A stretch of DNA of 64,000 bases from the NCBI GenBank assembly GCA_037927135.1, contig JAXSPP010000001.1, positions 32,001 to 96,000 of the forward strand. Reading direction: 5' to 3'. A model generated the notes under the pieces. That model was not told the DNA's origin, did no database searches, and was given only the letters and a program-made list of their open reading frames with translations. Both the position numbers and the translations under genes were made by a program. The stretch comes from Candidatus Pampinifervens sinense. GTDB lineage: Bacteria; Aquificota; Aquificia; Aquificales; Aquificaceae. The stretch's first letter is position 1; each line of letters begins with the position of its first letter. Shown one piece after another: positions 1 through 9,853 of the stretch.

Positions 1-1306
1 GAGGGTTGAAGGTATAAGTCTTCCAAGGGTTGAAGGCGAGGCAAGGCTTGAGCTTTTTTGGAAGGATGGAGAGGTGGCGGATGCAAGGATAAACATCCCC
101 TCCACAAGGGGTATAGAGAGGGTGCTTGTAGGCAGGCCCTATATGGATGCCTTGGTTATAACACCAAGGGTGTGTGGTATATGCGGACATGCCCACCTTA
201 TGGCCTCTGCAAAGGCCATAGAGGATGCCCTTGATATAAGTCCTACCAAAAAGGCGGAGCTTGTTAGAAACATAACCCAAAGCCTTGAGGTCCTCCAAAA
301 CCATATCAAATGGTTCTATCTGTTCCTCATGCCAGACCTTGTCCTCATAGAAAACAGCCTACGGGACCTTTATGGGCCCTTTGTTGGCAAAAGATGGAAA
401 GAGGCCATAGAGGTGGCATCAAGCATAACCAAGGCCATAGCCCTCTTCTCCGGACAATGGCCCCACGCCTCTTACGCCATACCTGGCGGTATAACATCAC
501 AACCCACACCCAAGGACATAGTATCTTTAAAACAGACCCTTTTGGCCCTCAAGGACTTCTTCCTCAAGCTTGTGGTGGGTATGGAAGAGGGAGAGTTTAA
601 CCAGTGGCTTTATAAGGGTAGCTGGAGGGATGTTAAGGGTGATATGGCTATTTTTCTTGAGGTTTGCGAAAGGGAAGACCTTTTGGAGGCTGGAAGGTCC
701 TACGATAGGTTTATAAGCTTTGCAAGCCTCTATGGCCCTTCTGGATACTACATGAAGAGGATGGTTCATGGCAGGTTAAAGTTTGGCTGTGTGGAGGAGA
801 TGGAAGCACCAGAATACACAAGGGCAAGGCCTGTAAGGTACAGGGGCTTACCCTTTGAGACTGGACCCCTCTCCAGACAGCTCTTGGCGGGCACACCCAT
901 TATAAAGGCAATGCATAAAGAATTGAAGGACTCCTTTGTGGTAAGGGTTTTTGCAAGGCTTTTGGAGGTTTGGACTGTGGCAAAGAAGATAGAGGATTGG
1001 ACGGAAGAGTTAAAGGAAGTCTTACAAGATAGGTCCTCAAGTATAAAAAGGCCTCCCTTAGAGGTCAATGGCTTGGGCTATGGCGCTGTGGAGGCAGCAA
1101 GGGGGACGCTTATCCACAGGATAAGGATAAAGAAGGGCATTATAGATAGCTATTTAATAATTACACCATCCCAGTGGAACCTTGGGCCAAGGTGTGAAAG
1201 GTTTTATGGGGTGGCAGAAAGGGCCCTTTTGGGCCTAAAAAAGGAAGTTCATGCAAAGATGGTGCTAAGAAGCTTTGACCTGTGTTCTGTATGCACAACC
1301 CATTGA
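1..1306 (+). CDS. [NiFe]-hydrogenase large subunit, cytoplasmic group 2-like (Aquificae hydrogenase III type); 5' end at or beyond the window edge
   Basis: Frame is open from base 2 (RVEGISLPRVEGEARL). L1 motif RVCGICGHAH, EAARG motif, L2 motif DLCSVCTTH ending at the stop codon. Confidence 0.9.
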   Translation, partial: RVEGISLPRVEGEARLELFWKDGEVADARINIPSTRGIERVLVGRPYMDALVITPRVCGICGHAHLMASAKAIEDALDISPTKKAELVRNITQSLEVLQNHIKWFYLFLMPDLVLIENSLRDLYGPFVGKRWKEAIEVASSITKAIALFSGQWPHASYAIPGGITSQPTPKDIVSLKQTLLALKDFFLKLVVGMEEGEFNQWLYKGSWRDVKGDMAIFLEVCEREDLLEAGRSYDRFISFASLYGPSGYYMKRMVHGRLKFGCVEEMEAPEYTRARPVRYRGLPFETGPLSRQLLAGTPIIKAMHKELKDSFVVRVFARLLEVWTVAKKIEDWTEELKEVLQDRSSSIKRPPLEVNGLGYGAVEAARGTLIHRIRIKKGIIDSYLIITPSQWNLGPRCERFYGVAERALLGLKKEVHAKMVLRSFDLCSVCTTH

Positions 1307-1315
1307 GGTGCTAAG

Positions 1316-2317
1316 ATGAAGAGGATAAGGCTTTCTGAAGGTGGTGGTGGAGAAGAGACCTGGAGGCTTATAAGAGAGCTTTTTCTAAAGCATTTTAACA
1401 ACCCCATACTCTCTTCCCTTGAGGATTCTGCCTTGCTTGAGGTGGGTTCAAAGGTGGCCTTTACCACCGATGCCTTTACGGTAAAGCCCCTGTTCTTTAG
1501 GGGTGGAGACATAGGGAAGCTGGCGGTGGCTGGCACCATAAACGACCTTTCGGTAATGGGTGCAAGGCCCCTTTACCTCTCTGTGGCCTTTGTGATAGAG
1601 GAGGGCTTTCCTTACGAGGACTTAGAAAAGATAGTGGAAAGCATGGCAAGGACGGCAAGGGAGGCGGGAGTTCTCATAGTGGCTGGTGATACAAAGGTCA
1701 TACCATCCGGCAGGGGTGAGGACCTTTTTATTACCACTTCCGGCATAGGGAAGGTGGTCTATGAGGGCCTCTCCTGTAGGAACATAAGGGAAGGGGATGC
1801 CGTAATTGTATCCGGACCAATAGGAGACCATGGCGCCTGTGTGCTGGCAGAAAGGGAAGGTTTTTACTTTGGAGAGGGCTTTGGGAGCGACTGCGAACCA
1901 CTCTGGGACCTGGTGGAACACATGCTAAGGAGTGGTGTGGAAATCCATGCCATGAGGGACCCAACCAGGGGAGGCCTTTCGGCCGTGCTTCACGAGTGGG
2001 CTATGGCCTCTCAAGTTTCCTTTTTGGTGGAGGAGGAGAAGGTGCCAATCAGAGAGGAGGTGCTTGGTATATGTGAGTTTTTGGGCCTTGAGCCATACCA
2101 CCTTGCCTGTGAGGGCAGGATAGTCTTTGCAGTGAAGGGAGAGGAGGCAGAGAAGGCCCTTAAGGTCTTAAAGGAACATCCTAAGGGAGAGGAGGCAAGC
2201 ATCATAGGCTACGCCATAAGGCCTGAAGGGAGGCCATCGGTCATACTGAAGACTCCTTATGGGACAAAAAGGTTCCTTGAACCACCCATGGGAGAGCTCC
2301 TGCCAAGGATCTGCTGA
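1316..2317 (+). CDS. hypE: Hydrogenase maturation protein HypE
   Basis: AIR-synthase-like motifs GGDIGKLAVAGT.NDL and MRDPTRGG; C-terminal LPRIC. Confidence 0.97.
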   Translation: MKRIRLSEGGGGEETWRLIRELFLKHFNNPILSSLEDSALLEVGSKVAFTTDAFTVKPLFFRGGDIGKLAVAGTINDLSVMGARPLYLSVAFVIEEGFPYEDLEKIVESMARTAREAGVLIVAGDTKVIPSGRGEDLFITTSGIGKVVYEGLSCRNIREGDAVIVSGPIGDHGACVLAEREGFYFGEGFGSDCEPLWDLVEHMLRSGVEIHAMRDPTRGGLSAVLHEWAMASQVSFLVEEEKVPIREEVLGICEFLGLEPYHLACEGRIVFAVKGEEAEKALKVLKEHPKGEEASIIGYAIRPEGRPSVILKTPYGTKRFLEPPMGELLPRIC

Positions 2318-2685
2318 TGCATGAGTTTTCCATAGTCCAAAGCCTTTTGGAGGTAATAGAAGAGGAGGCAAAAAGGCACAAGGCGCAAAAGGTGTTAAGG
2401 GTGGAGCTTTTGGTGGGTGTGCTATCCGGTGTGGAGCCTCACCTTTTGGAGCTTGCCTTTAACACCTTTAAGGAAGGGACCATTGCGGAAAAGGCGGAGA
2501 TTGTTTTGGAGATAGAAAAGCTAAGGCTTTGGTGTGAGGACTGCAAAAGGGAATACGAAAAGGAGGAGCTAAACCTCTTGTGTCCAGCCTGTGGGTCTTT
2601 GAAGACCCATATAAAAGGTGGACAGGACTTGCTTTTGAAGAGTTTGGAATTGGAATGTGAGGATGAGGTTAAGGGTAAGGCTTAA
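2317..2685 (+). CDS. hypA: Hydrogenase nickel chaperone HypA
   Basis: N-terminal MHE and two CxxC motifs (CEDC, CPAC). Confidence 0.97.
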   Translation: MHEFSIVQSLLEVIEEEAKRHKAQKVLRVELLVGVLSGVEPHLLELAFNTFKEGTIAEKAEIVLEIEKLRLWCEDCKREYEKEELNLLCPACGSLKTHIKGGQDLLLKSLELECEDEVKGKA

Positions 2686-4897
2686 GGGAGCCGTTCAAGG
2701 TGTGGGCTTTAGGCCCTTTGTCTACAGGCTTGCAAAGGATTTGGGCCTTAGGGGTTGGGTCATAAACAATTCCTCCGGTGTGGAGATAGAGGTGGAAGGA
2801 AAGGTGCAACTTTTGGAGGAGTTCCTCCTTAGGCTTCAAACAGAAAAGCCACCCTTGGCCCACATATACTCTCAAGAGATAGAATACTTGGAAGAGGTAG
2901 GCTATGAGGATTTTGAGATAAGGGAAAGCAAGGAGGAAGGAAAAAAGGAGGTTCTCATACTGCCCGACATAGCCACATGCCAGTGGTGTCTCAAAGAGCT
3001 TTTTGACCCAAAGGACAGAAGGTATATGTATCCCTTTATAAACTGCACCTACTGCGGTCCAAGGTTTACCATCATTGAAAGGCTTCCCTACGATAGGCCA
3101 AACACCACAATGAAGGCCTTTCCCATGTGTCCTCAGTGTAAAAAAGAGTATGAGGACCCAAGGGACAGAAGGTTCCATGCCCAGCCCATTGCATGCCCAT
3201 CCTGCGGTCCAAGCCTTAGCCTGATTACAAAGGATGGAGAGCTTTTGGCGGAGGGAGAAAAAAGCATAGAGGCCACCCTGCAGGCTTTAAAAGAGGGAAA
3301 GATTGTGGCAGTCAAGGGCATAGGAGGTTTTCATCTTATGTGTGATGCCACAAGGGAGGAGCCGGTGAGAACCTTGAGGGAGAGGAAAAGAAGAAAAGAA
3401 AAGCCCTTTGCGGTCATGTTCAGGGATATGGAACAGCTACTCCTTTATGCGGAGCCAACGGAGCTTGAAAAGGCTTTGCTTTTGTCTCCAGAGAGGCCCA
3501 TTGTGCTTATAAGGAGTAAGGGAGGGCTTGCGCCCTCTGTGGCCCCAGGCCTCAAAAGGATAGGAGCCTTTTTGCCCTATTCACCCCTACACCATATAAT
3601 CTTGCACTCTTTGGACTTTCCAGTGGTGGCCACCTCTGGCAATCTCTCGGATGAGCCCATAGTAAAGGACAACCAAGAGGCCATAGAGAGGCTAAGTCCC
3701 TTGGCAGACCTTTTGCTTCTCCACAACAGGGATATAAAAAGGAGGTGCGACGACTCTGTGGTCAAAGTCATAGGTGGTGTGCCCACACCCATAAGGAGGT
3801 CTAGGGGCTATGTGCCCATGCCCATAAGGCTACCCTTTAAGTTAAAAAGGAAGGTTTTGGCCCTTGGGGGCATGCTAAAGAACACCTTTGCCATAGGCTT
3901 TGAAGACATGGTAATACTAAGCCAACATGTGGGAGACATAGAGAACATAGAAACATTAAAAAGCTTTGAGGATATGGTCTTTGACCTCATGAGCCTGTAT
4001 GAGTTTGAGCCAGAGCTTTTGGTGTGCGACCTACACCCCAGGTATGAGACCACAAGGTGGGCAAAGGAGTTTTCTCAGAGGAAAGGCATTCCACTCCTTC
4101 AGGTCCAGCACCACTTTGCCCATGTGCTTTCCTGCATGGGAGAAAGGGGGATAGAAGGAAAGGTGCTTGGCATAGCTTGGGATGGAACGGGCTATGGTGA
4201 GGACGGAAGCCTTTGGGGTGGTGAGTTTTTAGTGTGCGATTACAAAGGCTATGAGAGGGCCTTTTACTTTAGACCCTTTAGGCTAATAGGCGGTGAGAGG
4301 GCTGTAAAGGAGCCAAGGAGGGTTGCCCTATCCCTACTCTTTGAACTCTACAGAGAGGATGCCACAGGCATGTCCTTAGAGCCTGTAAGGTCCTTCAGGG
4401 AAGAAGATTTAAAAAACCTATACATAGCATGGTCCAAGGGGATAAACTCACCCTATTCCAGCTCTGTGGGAAGGCTTTTTGATGCGGTAGCCTCTTTGAT
4501 AGGGCTAAGGCAAGTGGTCTCTTACGAGGGCCAAGGCGCCATGATGCTTGAGGACCTCTACGACCCCCTTGTAAAGGACCACTATCCCTATGCCTTGGAA
4601 GGAAAGGAGATAGACTGGAGGCCCATGCTTGAGGCGATCATAAAGGACAGGGAAAGGGAAAAGATTCCATCAAGGTTTATAAACACTTTGGCCCATGTAT
4701 GCCTGCATGTGGCAAAGGAGTTGGGCATGGAAAGGGTATGCCTCTCTGGAGGTGTGATGCAGAACGACCCCCTTGTAAGCAAGATAAAGGAGCTTTTAGA
4801 GGCCGAAGGCTTTAAGGTCTGCACACATCAGAGGGTGCCACCTAACGATGGGGGCCTCTCTCTGGGTCAGGCACTCTTTCAGCCTCAAGAGAGCTAA
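2663..4897 (+). CDS. hypF: Carbamoyltransferase HypF
   Basis: Acylphosphatase GAVQGVGFRPF, Zn fingers, QHHFAH, NDGGLSLGQ. ATG at 2663 (ORF track uses GTG 2657). Confidence 0.97.
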   Translation: MRLRVRLKGAVQGVGFRPFVYRLAKDLGLRGWVINNSSGVEIEVEGKVQLLEEFLLRLQTEKPPLAHIYSQEIEYLEEVGYEDFEIRESKEEGKKEVLILPDIATCQWCLKELFDPKDRRYMYPFINCTYCGPRFTIIERLPYDRPNTTMKAFPMCPQCKKEYEDPRDRRFHAQPIACPSCGPSLSLITKDGELLAEGEKSIEATLQALKEGKIVAVKGIGGFHLMCDATREEPVRTLRERKRRKEKPFAVMFRDMEQLLLYAEPTELEKALLLSPERPIVLIRSKGGLAPSVAPGLKRIGAFLPYSPLHHIILHSLDFPVVATSGNLSDEPIVKDNQEAIERLSPLADLLLLHNRDIKRRCDDSVVKVIGGVPTPIRRSRGYVPMPIRLPFKLKRKVLALGGMLKNTFAIGFEDMVILSQHVGDIENIETLKSFEDMVFDLMSLYEFEPELLVCDLHPRYETTRWAKEFSQRKGIPLLQVQHHFAHVLSCMGERGIEGKVLGIAWDGTGYGEDGSLWGGEFLVCDYKGYERAFYFRPFRLIGGERAVKEPRRVALSLLFELYREDATGMSLEPVRSFREEDLKNLYIAWSKGINSPYSSSVGRLFDAVASLIGLRQVVSYEGQGAMMLEDLYDPLVKDHYPYALEGKEIDWRPMLEAIIKDREREKIPSRFINTLAHVCLHVAKELGMERVCLSGGVMQNDPLVSKIKELLEAEGFKVCTHQRVPPNDGGLSLGQALFQPQES

Positions 4898-5258
4898 GAA
4901 GCGCCCTTATCCTCTCTTCCAAGACATTTATAGACTCTTGCACATCCTCCCTTTGCGCAGAGGCCAATTTGGGAAAGTAGCTTATCTCTACAGTCTCCAG
5001 AATGGGCTTGTTGTCCCTATCGTAGAATACACCTATCCACACTCCATATATACCTGTCTCCCTCCACTCCACCCTTTGACTTTTAGAGTTCAGCGTTATC
5101 TTTATTTGACCCTCTCCCAAAACATCCAGTATGGCTATTCTGTCTTCCTCCGTTATGGGCACCTTGTTGGAGTATATGATGTGTTCCTCTCCTTTTTCGT
5201 AGAGGTCCTTTAGAGCCTGTAAGATCTCGTTGAGTAAGGCGGGGGCGTTCATAAGCAT
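4842..5258 (-). CDS. hyaF: Hydrogenase expression/formation protein, HupH/HyaF C-terminal domain
   Basis: LGEGQI...ETGIYGVW...ETVEIS.FP pattern; last gene of the uptake hydrogenase operon. Confidence 0.75.
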   Translation of the reverse strand: MLMNAPALLNEILQALKDLYEKGEEHIIYSNKVPITEEDRIAILDVLGEGQIKITLNSKSQRVEWRETGIYGVWIGVFYDRDNKPILETVEISYFPKLASAQREDVQESINVLEERIRALLSSLEAERVPDPERGPHR

Positions 5259-5268
5259 GCCAATCCTC

Positions 5269-5580
5269 CTAAAAGTAGGTCTCTGTTATGGCTTTTACAT
5301 ACTCGTTCCAATTTTTTATACCCCTTAGCACATGAACAACTTTCCCATCCTTGAAAAGTATGAGGGAAGGGAGGGGAAACTCCTTTAGCACATCTGGCTC
5401 CTCATCCGCATTTATGGAGAAAAAATCCAGCCTAAAGCTCTTTTCCAGTTCTGGCACCACCACATCCGTGTCAAAGACCTCCCTTATCCTCTCTTTTGCC
5501 CTGTCAGACCTCACATATAGTATGAAATCCCTTTTCTCTTCCTTAAGAGCTTGAAGCTCCAAAAGGTTCACCCGCCTCAT
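5269..5580 (-). CDS. hyaE: Thioredoxin-like hydrogenase accessory protein (HyaE/HupG-like)
   Basis: DVVVPEL...PSLILFKDG...GIKNWNEY thioredoxin-fold pattern without CxxC; operon context. Confidence 0.65.
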   Translation of the reverse strand: MRRVNLLELQALKEEKRDFILYVRSDRAKERIREVFDTDVVVPELEKSFRLDFFSINADEEPDVLKEFPLPSLILFKDGKVVHVLRGIKNWNEYVKAITETYF

Positions 5581-6055
5581 CTCTCACCTCCACATTCCAC
5601 TCTTTGAGCTGTTTTATGACCTCCTCAATAAGCCTGTCTAAATTATTTTTTACAGAGGGAGAAAGGTCCAAAGAAATCTCAAAGCTCTCTGGCTCCAAGC
5701 CCAAGACTACTATCTCCTTAGGAAGCCTATCTGTTAAATCCGCCAAGGCAAGCACCTCTTGAATGCCTATATCATGGGCAGAAAGCTTTCTACTCTTAAA
5801 GTAGGTCAGGACCTCCTCACCTTTGAATTTGTAAAGAGAGCCCGGGGGCAACCCCCCCAGCACCGCATCCACCACCAAAAGCCTCTCCACACCCTCCAAG
5901 AAGTAAAGTAGGTCTATTCCCAAGGTGCCACCGTCTATCAAAAGCACCTCCTCCGGAAGCCTATACCTCTTCCTTATCTCTTCCACTACCCTTACTCCCA
6001 AGCCCTCGTCGGACAACAGCACGTTTCCCACACCCAAGACGGCTATTTTCTTCAT
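5543..6055 (-). CDS. hyaD: Hydrogenase maturation endopeptidase
   Basis: GVGNVLLSDEGLG, DGGT, VVDAV, SAH motifs. Confidence 0.95.
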   Translation of the reverse strand: MKKIAVLGVGNVLLSDEGLGVRVVEEIRKRYRLPEEVLLIDGGTLGIDLLYFLEGVERLLVVDAVLGGLPPGSLYKFKGEEVLTYFKSRKLSAHDIGIQEVLALADLTDRLPKEIVVLGLEPESFEISLDLSPSVKNNLDRLIEEVIKQLKEWNVEVRDEAGEPFGASSS

Positions 6056-6753
6056 CCCTTTATATCCTCCAGGTCCACAGGCTCCTTTTCAAAGACCTTA
6101 TAGCCGTTAAACATGGAAGTTAGCTCGCCATTTCTCTTTATCATCTCCTCTCTGATGACAAAGTAGACATGGAGTATGGCAAACACTATTATGATCCAAG
6201 CTACCCAATGGTGCCACATGTGCGCCATAAACTCACCACCAAGGAACCATATTACCCATCCAAAGAGAGAAGCCCAAAAGCCATCGGGCTTAGACATGCC
6301 GTACATGGCAAAACCTGTGATGATCATAAAGAGGAAGAGGAGGTAGACAAGGGGGTATACAGTCCTTGCGCATGCGTTCCTTATGTACTCGTTTCCCTCC
6401 TTGTCCTTCATAATAAGGGCATACTTTAGCGTCACCTCTTTTAGCCCTATCCAGTAATCCCTTCTCCAGAGAGGTGGAATGAATATCCTGTCCCTTTTGC
6501 TAAAGAGTGCTATTATGACCCTGAAGATAAAGCCCGATAGGAACACATAGCCTGCTATGAAATGGACCTTCCTTATAAAGTCCATGGTTATTCCCTTATC
6601 GTAGGCATAGGTGGCCTCGTAGCCCGTAGGTCCTAAAAAGAAGGGGTTGCCTATGTAAAGGCCTGTTATAAAAAGGGTAAGGATGGAAAGGAAGTTTACC
6701 CAGTGCCAAAGCCTAAGGCCTGGGCTAAAAACATAAATTCTTTTGGCTTCCAT
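6052..6753 (-). CDS. hyaC: Ni/Fe-hydrogenase b-type cytochrome subunit
   Basis: RLWHW, KVHF, WHHW and LHVY heme ligands in four TM helices. Confidence 0.95.
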   Translation of the reverse strand: MEAKRIYVFSPGLRLWHWVNFLSILTLFITGLYIGNPFFLGPTGYEATYAYDKGITMDFIRKVHFIAGYVFLSGFIFRVIIALFSKRDRIFIPPLWRRDYWIGLKEVTLKYALIMKDKEGNEYIRNACARTVYPLVYLLFLFMIITGFAMYGMSKPDGFWASLFGWVIWFLGGEFMAHMWHHWVAWIIIVFAILHVYFVIREEMIKRNGELTSMFNGYKVFEKEPVDLEDIKG

Positions 6754-6767
6754 GGTTTATACCTCCC

Positions 6768-8669
6768 TCAGTAGCAAGCTTGAGCTCCTTGAACCTTTAC
6801 CTCCACTATCTCCCTTCCTTCCGTATCATAAACATGGGTAGAGCATGCAAGGCATGGGTCAAAGGAGTGTATGCCTCTGAGAACTTCAAGGGGCTTGTCT
6901 ATAACCTTAACGGGTGTGTCCTTCATACATTCTTCAAAGGCTCCCTGTCCGCCCATGGGGTCCCTTGCACCGCCGTTCCATGTGGTAGGAACCACGCATT
7001 GGTAGTTGGCTATCTTGCCATCTTTTATGATGACCCAGTGTCCCAAAGCACCTCTTGGGGCTTCCGTAATTCCCACACCCTTTGCCTCTTTGGGCCATGT
7101 GGAGGGGTCCCACTTTTCCATGTTGGCAACAGATGTATCTCCAGCCTTTATGTTATCGTAGAGCTTTTTGAGGAAGTAAAGGTTCGCCGCAGCTCCCAGC
7201 TGGGCTTCCAAGCCCCTTGCGGCAGTCCTTCCCACCGTTGTAGGAAGCCACACATGGGGTGGCAACTCCAGCACCTTAGAGACAAAGTCTATCTGTCTTA
7301 CCACCATCTCATCCATCCAAGAGGGCTTTATATGTCCTTGCTTTACAGCTGTGTATGTCACTATATACCTTGCCAAGGGGCCCACTTCGCAGGGCTTTCC
7401 TCTCCACCTTGGAGACTTTATCCATGAATATTTGCCCTTCTCATCAAGGTACTTCCAATTGGTCTTTGTTCCCTCCTTTGGTCCTGTGTAATGAGGTTCT
7501 GTAATACCATCCCATGGGTGTAGGCCCTTGCTTTCGTCTGGGTACTTATACCAAGAGTGGGCCACAAACTCCTGTATTACGTTAGGGTCTGCAAAGTCCT
7601 TGCCTACAAGAGGATAGTATTTGGCCTTCTCCACACCCTCCGCAAAGTCTTCCACCACACCGTTGCAATGGTAAAGTATCTTGGTGTGGTAATCTCCTGT
7701 CTTTATTCCTTTGTAAGGTTCGTCGGGAAACTCTCCGTAGCCAATGACCCTTTTCTTTGCAAGGCCTCCTCCGTAGGTTTGTCCCTTTTGCACGTATATA
7801 TGCCCTATGGCAAGGAGGTCCACAAGGTAGAATAGGTTTACAGCCTCCACTTGTGTATATATGGAGTCTTCAACCACCGCAAGCCTTTCGGTGTTTATTG
7901 GTGCGTTCATATCGTTAAGAGATATGGAGCATGTCATGCCTCCTACCAGGTAGTGGGGGTGTGGGTTTTTACCTCCAAAGACAACTTGTGGTATAAATAG
8001 CTCCCTTTGGACATCAAGCATGTTAAGGTAGTGGGCCACAGCCATAAGGTGCACCTCTGGTGGTAATAGCTTGTAGTCTGGGTGGTCCCACCAATGGGCT
8101 GCAAATATGCCAAGCTGTCCACTTTCCACTATCTTCTTTATCTTCTCCTGGAAGGCTCTAAAGTAGCCGGGAGTTGCCTTTGGGAACTTCTTTGGATAGG
8201 CTCTATGCCCTATGGGGTCCGGCAGGAGGTCTCCAATGGCACCGTATTTTTCAAGAAGCTGGTTTTGTAAAACTGCCGTCTGAACCGGGTCCGCCTTTAG
8301 GGCCTCTATGGGGGATACCCAGTCAAGGGCATGAAGGTGGTAAAAGTGTACAAGGTGGTCATGAACCTGCAAAGACCCATGCATTATGTTCCTTATGTAG
8401 TTGGCATTCTTGGGGATTTGAATATCAAGGGCATCCTCTATGCACCTTACCGATGCCAAGGCATGGACAGAGGTACAAACACCGCATATCCTTTGGGCAA
8501 AAGCCCAAGCATCCCTTGGGTCCCTTCCTCTCAATATTAGCTCAATGCCTCTCCACATGGTGCCGGAGGAAAGGGCATCCACCACCTTACCGGTTTTTTC
8601 ATCCACTATGATCTCAATCCTTAGGTGCCCCTCAATCCTTGTTACTGGGTCAACTACAACCCTTGCCAT
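6768..8669 (-). CDS. hyaB: Membrane-bound [NiFe]-hydrogenase large subunit (group 1d)
   Basis: DPVTRIEGH, RICGVC, FDPCLACSTH plus a cleavable C-terminal extension. ATG 8669 follows an AGGAGGTG SD. Confidence 0.97.
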   Translation of the reverse strand: MARVVVDPVTRIEGHLRIEIIVDEKTGKVVDALSSGTMWRGIELILRGRDPRDAWAFAQRICGVCTSVHALASVRCIEDALDIQIPKNANYIRNIMHGSLQVHDHLVHFYHLHALDWVSPIEALKADPVQTAVLQNQLLEKYGAIGDLLPDPIGHRAYPKKFPKATPGYFRAFQEKIKKIVESGQLGIFAAHWWDHPDYKLLPPEVHLMAVAHYLNMLDVQRELFIPQVVFGGKNPHPHYLVGGMTCSISLNDMNAPINTERLAVVEDSIYTQVEAVNLFYLVDLLAIGHIYVQKGQTYGGGLAKKRVIGYGEFPDEPYKGIKTGDYHTKILYHCNGVVEDFAEGVEKAKYYPLVGKDFADPNVIQEFVAHSWYKYPDESKGLHPWDGITEPHYTGPKEGTKTNWKYLDEKGKYSWIKSPRWRGKPCEVGPLARYIVTYTAVKQGHIKPSWMDEMVVRQIDFVSKVLELPPHVWLPTTVGRTAARGLEAQLGAAANLYFLKKLYDNIKAGDTSVANMEKWDPSTWPKEAKGVGITEAPRGALGHWVIIKDGKIANYQCVVPTTWNGGARDPMGGQGAFEECMKDTPVKVIDKPLEVLRGIHSFDPCLACSTHVYDTEGREIVEVKVQGAQACY

Positions 8670-8684
8670 GTCTATCACCTCCTT

Positions 8685-9731
8685 TTATTTGTTTCTTACT
8701 TTGGACAAAATACCATGGGCAACAGCACCCGCAGCTGCCGCAACTGCAAGGGTGGCACCCACCTTATCTGGGCTTGCTTCCACCTTTGGCACTGGTATGT
8801 TGGTAAGCCTTTCGTAGAAGGGCCCGTTGTCCCAGAAGTTCTCCTCCGCACAGCCTATGCAACCATGGCCAGCCTGTATGGGATAAGAGAGACCATTGTA
8901 CCAGCGTATATTGCCGCAGGAGTTGTAAGTGGTTGGACCTCTGCATCCCACCTTATATAGGCACCAGCCCTTTTTGGCTCCATCATCGTCAAACCTTTCC
9001 ACAAACTGACCCGCATTAAAGAAGGCTCTCCTGTAGCATGTATCGTGTATCCTGTTTCCATAAAACTGCTTTGGCCTACCTTGAGAGTCCAGAGGTGGTA
9101 TGCTATCAAAAAGGACAAGGTGCATGATAACACCCGTCATAACCTCCGCTATGGGTGGGCATCCGGGGACCTTTATTATGGGCTTGTCCGTTATAACCTT
9201 GTGTATGGGGACTGCAGTGGTTGGGTTTGGCTTTGCGGCCTGCACACATCCCCAGCTGGCACAAGAACCCCAAGCGATTACAGCCTTGGCCCCCTTTGCC
9301 GTCTCTTTAAGTATTTCTACAAAGGGCCTTCCGCCTACAATGCAGTACATTCCATCCTCACCCAAAGGTGGATTTCCCTCAACGGCGAGGATATATTTCC
9401 CCCAATACTTTTTCATGATCTCTTCTCTATGTCTTTCTATGGCATCGCCTGCGGCAGCCGATAGAGTATCATCGTATTCAAGGGATATCATGGAAAGCAA
9501 TACATCGGAGGCAAGGGGGGTTGCGGACCTTATAAAGGACTCAGAACAGCAGGTGCATTCAAGCCCATGCAACCAAAGGACGGGAACTCTGGGCTTTGTC
9601 TCCAAGGCTCTTACCACCTCTGGTATCATGGAGGGTGAAAGGCCCATAAGGCCGGTTATGGCTGTGGCAAACCTCAAAAAGTCCCTCCGGCTTACGCCGT
9701 GCCTTTTGAAAGCCTCCCAAAAGGTCTCCAT
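8685..9731 (-). CDS. hyaA: Membrane-bound [NiFe]-hydrogenase small subunit, Tat-exported, six-Cys proximal cluster
   Basis: SRRDFL Tat motif; ECTCCSES and SCASWGC supernumerary cysteines; C-terminal membrane anchor. ATG 9731 follows the SD. Confidence 0.97.
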   Translation of the reverse strand: METFWEAFKRHGVSRRDFLRFATAITGLMGLSPSMIPEVVRALETKPRVPVLWLHGLECTCCSESFIRSATPLASDVLLSMISLEYDDTLSAAAGDAIERHREEIMKKYWGKYILAVEGNPPLGEDGMYCIVGGRPFVEILKETAKGAKAVIAWGSCASWGCVQAAKPNPTTAVPIHKVITDKPIIKVPGCPPIAEVMTGVIMHLVLFDSIPPLDSQGRPKQFYGNRIHDTCYRRAFFNAGQFVERFDDDGAKKGWCLYKVGCRGPTTYNSCGNIRWYNGLSYPIQAGHGCIGCAEENFWDNGPFYERLTNIPVPKVEASPDKVGATLAVAAAAGAVAHGILSKVRNK

Positions 9732-9747
9732 AGTTAGCACCTCCTTG

Positions 9748-9764
9748 ATTGAATGTTAATTCAT
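9748..9764. promoter_or_regulatory. Operator box 1, ATTGAA-N6-TTCAT (hydrogenase side)
   Basis: ATTGAATGTTAATTCAT with core inverted repeat TGAAT-GTTA-ATTCA, just downstream of the minus-strand -10. Confidence 0.55.
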
Positions 9765-9794
9765 AATTTAGCATAGACCCTTTCCATGTGTCAA
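9765..9794 (-). promoter_or_regulatory. Sigma70-type promoter of the uptake hydrogenase operon
   Basis: Minus strand TTGACA-N18-TAAATT with TG one base before the -10. Confidence 0.55.
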
Positions 9795-9801
9795 CGATGA
9801 A

Positions 9802-9824
9802 TTTCTTATAGGACCTATAAGAAA
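9802..9824. promoter_or_regulatory. Perfect 11-1-11 palindrome between the divergent promoters
   Basis: TTTCTTATAGG-A-CCTATAAGAAA. Confidence 0.6.
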
Positions 9825-9853
9825 GTCTTATGGTCCTCTTCCTTTAAAACAGC

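Noticed and set aside
4842-4897. Long convergent 3' overlaps (hypF/hyaF; also 16559-16644 and 30565-30608)
   Set aside because: Common in compact thermophile genomes; the overlapping tails look low-information.
9100-9759. 219-aa plus-strand ORF and similar long antisense ORFs (6780-7427, 25314-25895, 41908-42645, 48539-49072)
   Set aside because: Shadows of well-supported genes on the opposite strand; no motifs or SD; atypical composition.
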